Positions 42,701 to 54,700 of a DNA stretch of 64,000 bases are shown here, in pieces. Location: assembly GCA_964035545.1 (NCBI GenBank), contig OZ037767.1, positions 28,784,628 to 28,848,627 on the forward strand, read 5' to 3'. Every line of letters begins with the position of its first letter. The stretch's first letter is position 1. The notes under the pieces are model-generated. The model was not told the origin of the DNA. It saw only the letters and a list, made by a program, of their open reading frames with translations, and searched no databases. This stretch comes from Bugula neritina. Lineage: Eukaryota; Animalia; Bryozoa. The translations under genes were made by a program, and so were the position numbers.

Positions 42701-45700
42701 CCGCCTTTCACACCAATGAAGAGGTAGGAACAGTAGGCTATTCCATAACTTCTCAGTTGTTAGTCATCAGTTATGTTGGAGTTGTTGTGTACTGTTAGGA
42801 GTATACAGGGTGGTATTATATATACTGCTAGGGGGTATACAAGGGGATATTATATATACTGCTAGGGGGTATACAGGGTGATGTTATGTATTCTGCTAGG
42901 GGTATGATGTGGACACCAGGGCCAAAAGTTACTCATTTTCCACCTGCGTCGGCAGAAATATTCAGTTACGTAATAAAGACACTGTAGCCTGCAGAGTGAA
43001 TGGATATAACCAGGCAGTTGTGTTGGTTTCTAAGCCTTTGACTGCATGCAGTCCATTTATAGTGAGTATTTGCTGTCACTTTACTATCTTCTCATGACTC
43101 AGTACTACATGACTTTGTACTCTGTAACTTTGTACTCTGACTACTGTTACTCTGTACTCTGAATACTATTACTTTGTACTCTCATTACTATTACTCTGTA
43201 CTCTGACTACTGTTACTTTGTACTCTGACTACTATTACTCTGTACTCTGACTACTGTTACTTTGTACTTTGACTACTGTTACTTTGTACTCTCACTACTG
43301 TTACTCTGTACTCTGAATACTATTACTTTGTACTCTCATTACTATTACTCTGTACTCTGACTACTGTTACTTTGTACTTTGACTACTATTACTTTGTACT
43401 CTCACTACTATTAGGCTCATCTCAAAATAATTAGTACAGTGCAAAATAAGGACAGGTTTTCAAAAATGATGTTGTCTAGCTCTCTGATGCTTCAAATATG
43501 TGAACTCACTGTGTCCCAGAATAAAAAACATTTTAATTTATTATAAAATTAGTATATTTAAGCTATATTATGCATTTTTTATTGAAAAAATGACAAGTTT
43601 TTAAATTTTACCCACTGAAAAATAAATTCAGTGGGTAACACATTTCAACTTTGACATAGCATAATTTTTTTATAAACATATATTATGATTATATTTTTTT
43701 CCTTAAACTGTTCTAAAAAAGCTTGTCAATCTCTTGGTGTGCTGAATGTCTAATTCCTAGCGGTACAAGTTTAGATATTCCTGTTTTAGTGTTTCAACCT
43801 CACGAATTTTTTGTCCGCAACAATTGTCCGTAAATTGAGTATGAGCACGTGAGAACGAAATTGCTAACGCTTTCTGTTTACACTCTCAAATAAATTAGTT
43901 AAATTTCATTATTTTGCTCAAACTTATTTTTTACAACGATAAATATATTTTCATCTTGTTTGTTCGTAAGTATAAAATAATTACACAGTAATCTAATTCT
44001 GTTTTCATAAATAAAGTCATCTTGAAACCTCTAGAATTTAGAGTATAGTAGCGCATCCGGTTTGTTGCCAAGAAAATGATCTGATGGCATAGCGGTTTAG
44101 TTTTCATTTATTTCGTCAGGTTAGTATTCATTGTATTTTTCCAAACTTCTCATAACTTTTTATATTTATCAAACAATATAACTTTCAGTCAATTTTTCTC
44201 TAAGGCTTCATTCTTTTGTTTTATCAATTCTTACAATGATAATCCCAATCATAACGATAACGAGTAACTCTTTAAGTTTATCATAACATTTCTATTATTA
44301 ATAATTTAAAATTAATGATAATTGGGAAATAAGAACTAAATAACTAAGTAAATAACTTTTTAATGCATTAAGTTTAAATTGCACTTGCGTATTTAGACTT
44401 TAGTTTTGAATTGCCATAATTTATATTCAACTAAAACTTTTATTGCCGCGATCAGCAACTTAAAATTCAAATTGAAATTGTAGCCATTCACCATTTAATG
44501 ATTCATTTTGAATTCAATAGTCAATACTGAATATTGTAAACTGCGATGTGTAAATTCAAACTGTAAGTGTAATGATATTGAACTCAATATGATATTACCA
44601 ATACTAATACTATTACTATTAGTAGGCCCATTACTTTTCTTAATAACATAAGCATTAAGTGATTACTCTTACTCTTACTACTCTCACTCTGAGTGCTTGA
44701 TCCCTGCTTATTGGCATTTTTTATAGTTTGCACTTGATAAATTTAATTTAATTAGAAATTTAAGAATAAGTTGCTTTAATAATAATATGTTAATATATCT
44801 ACTTAGTACATAATAGTGATTTGGATTAGCTCCTTAGGTTTAAGTTGAATGAGTAAGTTATACTACGGACATGTACGCTACGGGTACTTAAGCAAATTAA
44901 TCATTGCTAACAACTTGTCAATAGTGTAATAGCTTGTAACGTGCTAATAGTCAATTTAAATACAACTTTATTCTGAAGGCTAGCTCTTGTTTTGCAACTA
45001 TTTAGTTTCATTATCTTATTCATTAAGTTATTAATAGCCAATAACTTAGATTATAGCTAACCCTCATCTTCTAAGCATTAGTCTCAATAGCTTACCAAAC
45101 TAAAAAACTCATATATTTTAGTTTTTATATTGTATAGAATAGTTTCATGCCTTTCAAGACCAGGCAACAGTCCACTGCTAGGAGCCATGCTTCATCAGAA
45201 AAAAGCAGTGGTCTGAAGAGCAGCAAGAGAGAAGGAAGCAACAACTGAGGGGTATGTCAACATCTGAACAAGTATAGACAAATTGAAAGTTCAGAAGAGC
45301 GATTAAAATAAAAATCATACTTGAAATATACAGCTTAATTAAGTTTAGATGAATCTTACGATGAAGCCAGTACAATAGAAATGTAGACTAAACAATCTAC
45401 TCCTACAACTAGCAAAATATTGAGAGGGCTGCAATAACATCAGCTCAAGCTCACATGGTTTCTGCAACTGCTACTTGTGAAATAATGATGAAAGTTTAAA
45501 TGTGTACATCAACATTAGCAAACATTCTATAATTTGTCTTACTGTTTTTTGTAGGAGGAGATGTGAGTGTAGATAAGTTAGAAGGAAGTGTGTTAGTGAA
45601 TATGTATTTCATGGTTTGTTGACAATATTTTATGTTTTGTGCATGCATTTTGTTTGTGTGAATGTCTTGTACTCGATATAATAGGACTACTGGTGAACTG

Positions 45701-48700
45701 TCAATTTATACAAAAAACTAACAAGCTATTAGCCTACCTCATAAGTGGTTTGGAAAGGCACCTGCTGTATGCATATGCTGTCAATTTTAAAAGTTTAGTC
45801 TGTAGAAAATTATTTTCCAAAATAAAGTCATTCTGTTTAAAACCAATCATAAAACTTTTGTCTCTTTATGCTGCAATATTTTTAATAAATTTTTTTTGGT
45901 GTTCACTTTATAGAGCCAAAGGTATAAATATGTCTATCACAGATAAAAACTAGTATTATTTTTGAATTCAGAGCCCTTATATTAGTCTAAAACCATGTTT
46001 TGCTTATTAAAATATAAACATTCATATTTCACCATTTTTTTGGACTGCGGACTTTTGAGAGGTTAAAGGTCAAGTTTAAGCACCTATGGCAATAAAATAA
46101 TCTCATATTTGAATTCAGCACCTAATAATTACCCGTATCACAAAGTTTGAGCTTTCTACTACAAGTTTTATTTTTTGAAAAAAATTTTCTGTGTGTACTA
46201 AATATTTTGAGATGGGCCATTACTCCGTACTCTGACTACTGTTACTTTGTACTCTCACTACTGTTACTCTGTACTCTGACTACTGTTACTTTGTACTTTG
46301 ACTACTGTTACTTTGTACTCTGAATACTATTACTTTGTACTCTCATTACTATTACTCTGTACTCTGACTACTGTTACTTTGTACTCTCACTACTGTTACT
46401 TTGTACTCTGACTACTGTTACTTTGTACTCTGACTACTGTTACTTTGTACTCTGAATACTATTACTTTGTACTCTCATTACTATTACTCTGTACTATGAC
46501 TACTGTTACTTTGTACTCTGAATACTATTACTTTGTACTCTCATTACTATTACTCTGTACTATGACTACTGTTACTTTGTACTCTCACTACTGTTACTTT
46601 GTACTCTGTATTTTATACACACCTCCTGCATGTACACGCCCAATATTGTGTCATAAACTGAAAACATTGACAATTGTTTGTGAAACTTTTCAAGAAAAAT
46701 GTCTTAACAAAAATTAAAGAGCCTACAAAATAACTTTACACTGAATATAGCAGGTCACGGCTTCAATAAAAAATTTTGATAACATTAAGTTGCATAGTGC
46801 ACTTGGGAAACAATTCTGAATCGAATATGGGATGATTTTCATTTAATAAATATTTTTTTTAAATTATCAACTAATAGCTTCAACAAGTTGATGCATGACC
46901 TTGAAATGACCCTGCAGTCAACTCGATAAAATGTTGCAGTTCAAAGTAGACAAGTTGAATCCGAAGTGGACGTCGTCTTTCGTAGTTGGAGTAACCAATC
47001 AGCAAGTAGAAAGTGTCCCCAGCCTCAAGTCCGCCTTAAGTCTTACCAAGTCAACGTGGCTAATCAAATCTAACTCTGTATTTCACCATGGCAAGAAGGT
47101 ACTGTTTTTCTAAATCCATTTAGAAGTTGTAAAATGTATTATGCTACATGCAATCATGTAGCTGGCATATGTGTTGAATAATTTCACATATTATCATCAG
47201 TTTTCTAATTGTGTTGAAGATAATAATAAATAGAATTTGTTCTAACAGTGGAATAGTATGAGGTTTGCATAGTAACAGTGGAATAGTATGAGGTTTGCAT
47301 AGTAACAGTGAAATAGTATGAGGTTTGTATACTAACAGTGGAATAGTTTGTATAGTAACAGTGGAATAGTTTGTATAGTAACAGTGGAATAGTTTGTATA
47401 GTAACAGTGGAATAGTTTGTATAGTAACAGTGGAATAGTTTGTATAGTAACAGTGGAATAGTTTGCATAGTAACAGTGGAATAGTTTGCATAGTAACAGT
47501 GGAATAGTATGAAGTTTGTATACTAACAGTGGAATAGTTTGTATAGTAACAGTGGAATAGTTTGTATAGTAACAGTGGAATAGTTTGTATAGTAACAGTG
47601 GAATAGTTTGTATAGTAACAGTGGAATAGTTTGTATAGTAACAGTGGAATAGTTTGTATAGTAACAGTGGAATAGTTTGTATAGTAACAGTGGAATAGTA
47701 TGAGGTTTGTATAGTAACAGTAGAATAGTTTGTATAGTAACAGTGGAATAGTTTGTATAGTAACAGTGGAATAGTATGAGGTTTGTATAGTAACAGTGGA
47801 ATAGTATGAGGTTTGTATAGTAACAGTGGAATAGTATGAGGTTTGTATAGTAACAGTGGAATAGTTTGTATAGTAACAGTGGAATAGTTTGTATAATAAC
47901 ACTAGAATAGTATGAGGTTTGTATAGTAACAGTGGAATAGTTTGTATAGTAACAGTGGAATAGTTTGTATAATAACACTAGAATAGTATGAGGTTTGTAT
48001 AGTAACAGTGGAATAGTATGAGGTTTGCATAGTAACAGTGGAATAGTATACAGTATAGTGACAGTGGAATAGTTTGTATAGTAACAGTGGAATAGTTTGC
48101 ATAGTACTCTGTTTCCTGTAGATTAAGAACAACTACTGCACGGATCTAAATAATTTAGAAGTCGGTTCCACTATTAGCTTGTCAATAGACAATGAAAGGA
48201 GTTTACATTTGCACATCAATGGCGTAGATGAAGGGGTGGCGGTTAAATGTATGCCCGACCCTTGTTATCCTTTGATTGACCTCTATGGAAAGTGTGGTCA
48301 GGTAATACTATACATATGGTTGTATACTCGGCATTTTGTAAACAGTGTGTTTTTACTGGAATCTTTTTAATTTGAACAGTTTGCTAAAATTATATCTCTT
48401 GATAGGTTTCTATAGTTCATGATGAAGATGGAAGACAATTTCCTAAAGAGGATCGTGAAAAAGCTGATATGGAAAATGGTAAAATTCTTCATAATGCTAC
48501 AGTATACTGATTGTTATATAGATAAGCATAGACGCAATTTGTGTGAGCTGTTAATTAAATAGTTGATAGCCTTAGCACCACAGATTAGGCGTAACTTCTA
48601 GACCTGCCTATGAAATCAGCTATAAGCATTTTGTTCTGTTGAAGGAATAAAAGAAAAAACGAAGGTACCGACTAACACTAATTGTTCTTATCAGCAACTT

Positions 48701-50873
48701 TGTGATAGATTCAGGCTCTGCATATCTTTGCCAGGTCAGTGTATATTGCACAGCGAATTGTAGAGGAATGTCAAAGTTGTCTAATAGAGGGGACAAATCC
48801 AAACCCTTGGCTTGGTTTTTATTGCCAAGTTGAAAACTACATTATATTTTTGTAGTGCAACTGACAGAATTTTATTTTCAGCTTTTGTTTTATATTTCAG
48901 ATGAGTTCTTCAAGAGTAAGTTCAACAAATGTTTCTGTGATTCCTGTCACAGTGTGAGGGGTGGTGCGACACACAAAATCAGAGGTAGCCCTGGTAAAGA
49001 ATACACTGTACCGGTGGGATGGTACAGATTTGGTCTCAAGTAAGTGCTGCCTTTGCCTCTCATGTTGCCAACTGGATTATTCCATCATGCAGTTTGAAAA
49101 TTGGGAAATTTGCTTGAATTGGCATAAAATAATGTGTCATGCTGATGCTCAATATGTTGCTGTACAATAAATGGCAATATAGAATTTTTTTCAAGATTTC
49201 ATCATGTGTTTAACTATTAAAAGGGTTCATAATGTTGAGGGCAAATTTACAAAAGTGCACTAAATATATCATCTCATTTGAATTATCCCTCCTGCAATAC
49301 AAGTATCCATTATATGGCATTTGTGTAGAGTCAAACCAAGAGTGAAGTCTATGAAGATATTTGACAACTGGAATGTTGCTTATAATGGCGTTAAAATAGA
49401 AGCTGTTAGAAAGATCTTAGATAGTGGAGACTTGATCAGCGTGGGTAGGTGTCTGTATAACTACCTAACAGGTTTCATCACTACTGTCAGTTGTCTGCTC
49501 GCTATATTCTATGTCCTGTGAGGCTGGTGCTGAATGATTGGAGTATTTCCTCGTAGACTCCAGTACGTGTCAGGCACACGCAGTGTTGAAATAATGAAAA
49601 TAACAAAAATAATGCTTGGCTATGGGAGTTGTCTGCTCAATAGTATAGTGGTATAACTTGGCACATAATCTTGTATTAATACAGTCCAAACATCTAGTAT
49701 ATGAAAATGATAAGGAAGTTTCATGGCTGAAAGGTTTAAGCACTACACTTGTTGAAAAGGCAACTTAATGAACTAGAAATTTATAAATACTCCATTAGGC
49801 AATGCTAGTATAATTTTTTTGATTTGTCTGGTTTACATCAAAGAACGTATGGTTATTCCTTAGAACTCTAGTTCACACATAGCATTAGATTGTTTCTTTG
49901 TTGTATTGTATTTTAGTAGCTTGTGTCTTTACCCATCCGTGAGAGTAGTAAGATTTGCAGTAGCTCACTTTTTTATGATGTGAGATTTGTAGTGTAATAC
50001 TAAGTTATTAAATTCTGATTCGTTAATTATCTGCTCTGACAGCTAATGATGCCGTGCAACAGACTGTAAGCTTTGCGGCGGGAGATGAGAAGAAACCAGA
50101 CAGGTTTGAGTCAGTGCCCGTCATACTCACCCCTAACCTACATTATGCTTCCTGCCACCATTTCACTCAGCCAGTAGAGTAAGTTACTTTAAAATGCTGT
50201 CAAGTACTTCAAGTACTTTCAAATACCATGCAATACAATAGTATTAAGTTGAGGCTGGAGCTTAAACTTTTAAGCCAGGTCATTTATTAAGCCATGTGTT
50301 GCATCAGCTAGAGATAGCATGTAATAAAAGTTAGCAGTAGTTTAGCATAAACATCAAGTGTCAGGGATTCTTTAAAAACCTTTAGCTTATAGTATTTGTG
50401 GTGACTCTTAGAGTTCACTTCTATAAAGGGTTGCCGAAGAATGAACATAAAAACTACATTTTTTTAAAATTGGGTCCCAATAGTTGAATTTGTTTATTAT
50501 CATCTCTCTTATAAATTACCAGCCTTCCTCCCACTTAACCCTAAGAACAAGTACGTGGTTCTTCTACATTTAAAAGTAGTTAGGTATCTAAAAAAACTTG
50601 GGCTATTAATTTAATTTAATTTATTGTGATATTATGTTTTTAATTTGCAGCTATAAAGATGCCAAAACAGGTAAGCTGTATCAAGTTAAACTTGCCTTTG
50701 AAGTGTGCATCAAGCCTGGATCTTTCAATGTTGGCCCCCAGACGTTAGACGCAAACGATTTATTGGATTCAAAACTCAACTCCAATGAGATGGAGTGGGC
50801 AACGAAAGAAAGGGGAAGTGTTGAAATATACGGACTGCTGTTACAACTTACTCCTCTGTGTAAATCATCGTAG
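33714..50873 (+). CDS. NEURL4: Neuralized-like protein 4 (six NHR domains plus C-terminal ADP-ribosyltransferase-like domain); 27 coding exons
   Basis: Exons 33714-33872, 34179-34362, 35561-35743, 36776-36981, 37314-37514, 37691-37831, 37920-38115, 38335-38440, 38768-39035, 39327-39489, 39669-39875, 40014-40114, 40702-40852, 41184-41327, 41447-41586, 41905-42064, 42269-42426, 42580-42723, 42900-43061, 46940-47098, 48122-48301, 48406-48478, 48645-48734, 48901-49039, 49329-49444, 50043-50178 and 50651-50873. Repeated NHR motifs (EFNxxVVxxxRPL, WSGSxExG, LHFxxNGxDQG, IDLYG). C-terminal [26 protein letters not shown] and [11 protein letters not shown]. Confidence 0.95.
35325..35505. repeat. ~21-24-bp minisatellite (AGTACAGTATAGTTACTACT), NEURL4 intron
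   Basis: Visible imperfect tandem copies. Confidence 0.8.
38160..38250. repeat. (GTA/GTG)n microsatellite, NEURL4 intron
   Basis: Visible triplet run; produces a spurious poly-Val ORF. Confidence 0.85.
40230..40682. repeat. 17-bp minisatellite (CATAGTTACTGTGTACT), about 26 copies, ending ~20 nt before a NEURL4 acceptor
   Basis: Directly visible tandem array. Confidence 0.95.
43110..43413. repeat. 22-bp minisatellite (TACTCTGACTACTGTTACTTTG), left half
   Basis: Visible array; the same unit resumes at 46219 after the transposon. Confidence 0.92.
43414..46218. mobile_element. Non-autonomous or degraded TIR DNA transposon, 2805 bp, in a NEURL4 intron
   Basis: 25-bp TIRs: GGCTCATCTCAAAATAATTAGTACA (43414-43438) versus the reverse complement of 46194-46218, GGCCCATCTCAAAATATTTAGTACA (2 mismatches). 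ATTA flanks both ends (43410-43413, 46219-46222). It splits one 22-bp minisatellite into two halves. No intact transposase ORF. Confidence 0.85.
46219..46610. repeat. 22-bp minisatellite (TACTCTGACTACTGTTACTTTG), right half
   Basis: Same unit and the same variant units as 43110-43413. Confidence 0.92.
47243..48106. repeat. 23/29-bp minisatellite (TAGTAACAGTGGAATAGT[ATGAGG]TTGTA), ending ~15 nt before a NEURL4 acceptor
   Basis: Directly visible array with two unit lengths. Confidence 0.95.
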
Positions 50874-51763
50874 TCGGTTCACTTGTCACATTATTTTCTT
50901 ATTTAAGTGAATATATGATATTGTTTTATAGGCTAATTTATTTTCACTAGCTAAATTGTTGGTTTTGCCAAATATATCTCAAAAGTTGAGAAGTGGTATT
51001 TCTGTAGGATGAATTGTGGTGGTGTTAGCATTAGAAAAACAAGAAAATAATAAAATTTCTAAACATTAAAAAATATGCAGCCAGTTATAGAATATAGATT
51101 TATTGGAAATCACAGAAATCAATCAGAGTTGCAAACTTTAAAATGTTGCCAAATAAAAAAGTAAATTATTTTAAAGAAAAGTGCCAATGATAAGTGACAA
51201 TTATACAGAAAATTAAAAAATTGGAGGCAAAAATACAATACTGAGTTAGAGATATTTTCAGCATTGATAGGCGATAAGTGGATATAAGAAAGTAAAACAT
51301 GCTAAAAGTGGTCAAGCAGTTCAATACAGCAAATACAATTACTTTCAACAGATAATCATAAAAATAAATACTACAATATCAGTTTTCTTTTTGAAGAGAA
51401 TATGATACAAAACTCCATAAGTTGAGAAATGATGGCTTGGCTTTAAAATTTCATAGAAATTAGTAAAAAAAGAACTTGGCCAAGACCTTGATCCTGATGC
51501 ATGCTGTTGGGGGAATAAGAGCTCTGCAAGCATAAAAACCAAGTATAAACCTATTATATATCAATATAAGGGGTGAAAAATAGCGTGCATTTTTAAATAA
51601 CAATGTTACCATATTTATACTAATACATTAGATTGTATAAAAATATATAAAATATATACAGCTATAGAACTTGAAAGGAAATTCATAAGCAATTAAACAT
51701 CCAATTAATTTATTAATGTATCTATTGGAAAACAGAAACTTATTCATTTACTTACTTTCATTC

Positions 51764-54700
51764 CTAGTTATTATTATTCTTGTTCTCAAAGTACATGAAA
51801 TCCTGTAACAAAAATATGTTGAAATATAATTGATCATTTTGATAAGGAGTTGTGCTCTCTTGAATAAATATACTTCAACCTCATACGTCTTGACGAAATA
51901 CATATAATATATGAGGTGGCTAGCATCATAACTTATAGAATAATTTTTGTATGTTATTTCATGGATTAGCAAGAGCTGGCAAACATACAACTGATAATAT
52001 AGTTTGAAGCACAACATACACTGTAAAGGAGAAATGCGTTTGACTTACAATAAGGAAAAGAGCTCCAATCATGTTAGCCTTCATCTTCACATCCAAGTCC
52101 ATGGGGAAAGTGATGCCAAAGTTGTCAGCTGCCGTAAAGTACTCTCTGACGAAGCCAGACCACTGTTTACTGATCTTACCCACCTCGTGCTGCATGTCTG
52201 GTGAAAATACCTATAGGAAAGTTACAATAACTCATCACATAACTTTAGCATAACTACAAATCTTGTGATACCTGCCACTCAAATTGCATAATAGAGAATA
52301 ATATGCTACTAATTCTAAAGAAACTAGTGGAGTTATTTTACAAGCTGCTGAAATCAAGTATAGGTTGGTTTTACTGGCTGGTGTATAAAAGGTGAATAAT
52401 ATTACAAGGGATGAATTACTATGATTAGCCAATGTTGATAGGATCTTGCTGGTCCTAGTCACTGAGTACGCTGTACGTATTACTATATCACAGTTTGAAT
52501 GCAGTTCCCAAGCCATATCATACAGAAAGAAGTAAAGCTAATATTGAACTGCACCAGTGTCCACTCAGCTTGTCACTGCTGTTTAATCAACCAATAGATA
52601 GTGTGAAATAGATATTCAAATGATTGTAGTTATCAAACCGGCTTCACAGGCTGATGATATCACCCTATTGGTCAGCACAGAGTCAATATAAGGGCGTAGT
52701 ATGTGTGTCTGTACAAGTAAACATGAGAAGCTATTCACCTTGAAGTCCATGTCCTGTGTACAGCAGGGTCCCTGACACATACATATCGGCCCTTCTATCA
52801 TAAACACCACATTGTCTGCAGCATCCATGATCTGGTACGTGGGGGCCAAACAGCTTTGACTGTAACATAATGCGCATAGTTTGTAATCACAGCTTATGCC
52901 AGTATGAATCAACATTGAGAGAAAAATAATGTAGCTTTTCTTCCTGTTATTTTAGAGTCATTTCTTATCGATATTTTATTAAATTTGCAAGCAAATCTGA
53001 TATCATTCCTATTATATTTTTATGATTGCAACACAAGAATGTTCAAATGTAGCAATAGTAATGCAAATCAATGCAATGCTTTGAATCAGAAACTTCTGCC
53101 AGTGGCCATTCATACAGTTAAGGGAGCATCTAAAGCTGTATTAAATATTTGCAGGACCTGGTTCTAAGGAATATTTATCGAATAGCTCCGATTTACAAAT
53201 AAAGAAGCTTGATTTCTAAAATCCAAGAGAATTGCTTACAATGACAATTGTAAAAGCTTGGCAGTTTTAATGTTCTAAACAGAAGCTTACACAACTTCAC
53301 AATTTGATTGGTTTATACCTTGCTGATGGACAGTTTACTATGAGCTGTGAAGCTGCCATACACAACACTTACGCTTGTTTGACTGTCCCTATGTGGTTGC
53401 CAGGAGGAGCTTCAATGGTGACCACCATGGCGCAGCAGTCAGAGTTGGCGCACCAACAACATCCAGCCATACACTTGAACTCCCTGTTCACCCTGATTAC
53501 TTCCTGTAGCAGTGGAATATATAGTCACATGACCAGAGTGTCACATGATGTAATACTTTAGTATGTGTGTTATTATAGCTTATATTTTTATGAATGCCAT
53601 TTGAACAATTCGGAACAAAAAAATTATTCAAGGATGAAGGAAATAAATTTCAAGTGCCGCAGTGTAGCTGGTGCTATGGCAGGTAAGAACTATATATGAA
53701 CAATCTTAGACGCATCATAAGGGATTATATCTCATCCTTCATTACCAAATTTTGTAATCCATATTATAAACACATTAATAACATTTCCACAACTGATTTC
53801 CTGGAGAGGGATAAATACTTCATGTGCAGATTATAGTATATGTTATATAGTAGTACCTGTAGACCAACTGCCTGGCCTATAATTCATAGGTATATTTACA
53901 ATGTCAGTTGTTAGCAAACTTGCATTACCATTGAAAAACTAGTCCGCCATTGAAACTCCAATAAGCACTATTATGTTCAATGAATAGCAATGCTAGGCTA
54001 TAAAATTGATTTCTTTAGTCCTCACAATATGGATTAGATATATTATGTATGTATTGAAGGCAGTGTGATTCAGCTAAGTTGCTGTGTACATAGCATTGTT
54101 GACATGAGCAGTGTTTTAGCAACAGCAGTAAATAGGTCAGATAGGCATGCTTCTTATCATAGTCAGATTAAGGTGAGGGTCACTTGGAATTTGCACAACC
54201 TATGGCTATCAGCTTCTTCAAATATTAGTGTAGGTGTTGGTGGAAAATGGCTGCGTTTCACCACACATAAACTAACCTGTCCCATGCTGTCATGACACAC
54301 ATTAACTAACATGACCCATGCTGTCATGACACACATAAACTAACCTGCCCCATACTGTCATGACACACATAAACTAACCTGTCCCATACTGTCATGACAC
54401 ACATTAACTAACCTGACCCATACTGTCATGACACACATTAACTAACCTGCCCCATGTTGTCAGTGAGATGCATGACAAAACCTCGGCCTGGCCCACAGCA
54501 CTGCCTGTGGCATGTATCAGATTCCTCGGCAGCAAAGAACACCTGCTGACCAACAGAGTTCTTGATTGCATACCTGTTGGATGTCTCCCAGTTCACAAAC
54601 ACTATAAATATATAATATTGTGTAACAACACAATATTATATAATATTATATAACATGACGTTATATTATCTAATAGGGATAACAATCAAACCGCAATCTT

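Noticed and set aside
47144-48132. Minus-strand ORFs up to 252 aa
   Set aside because: Translations of the 23/29-bp intronic minisatellite.
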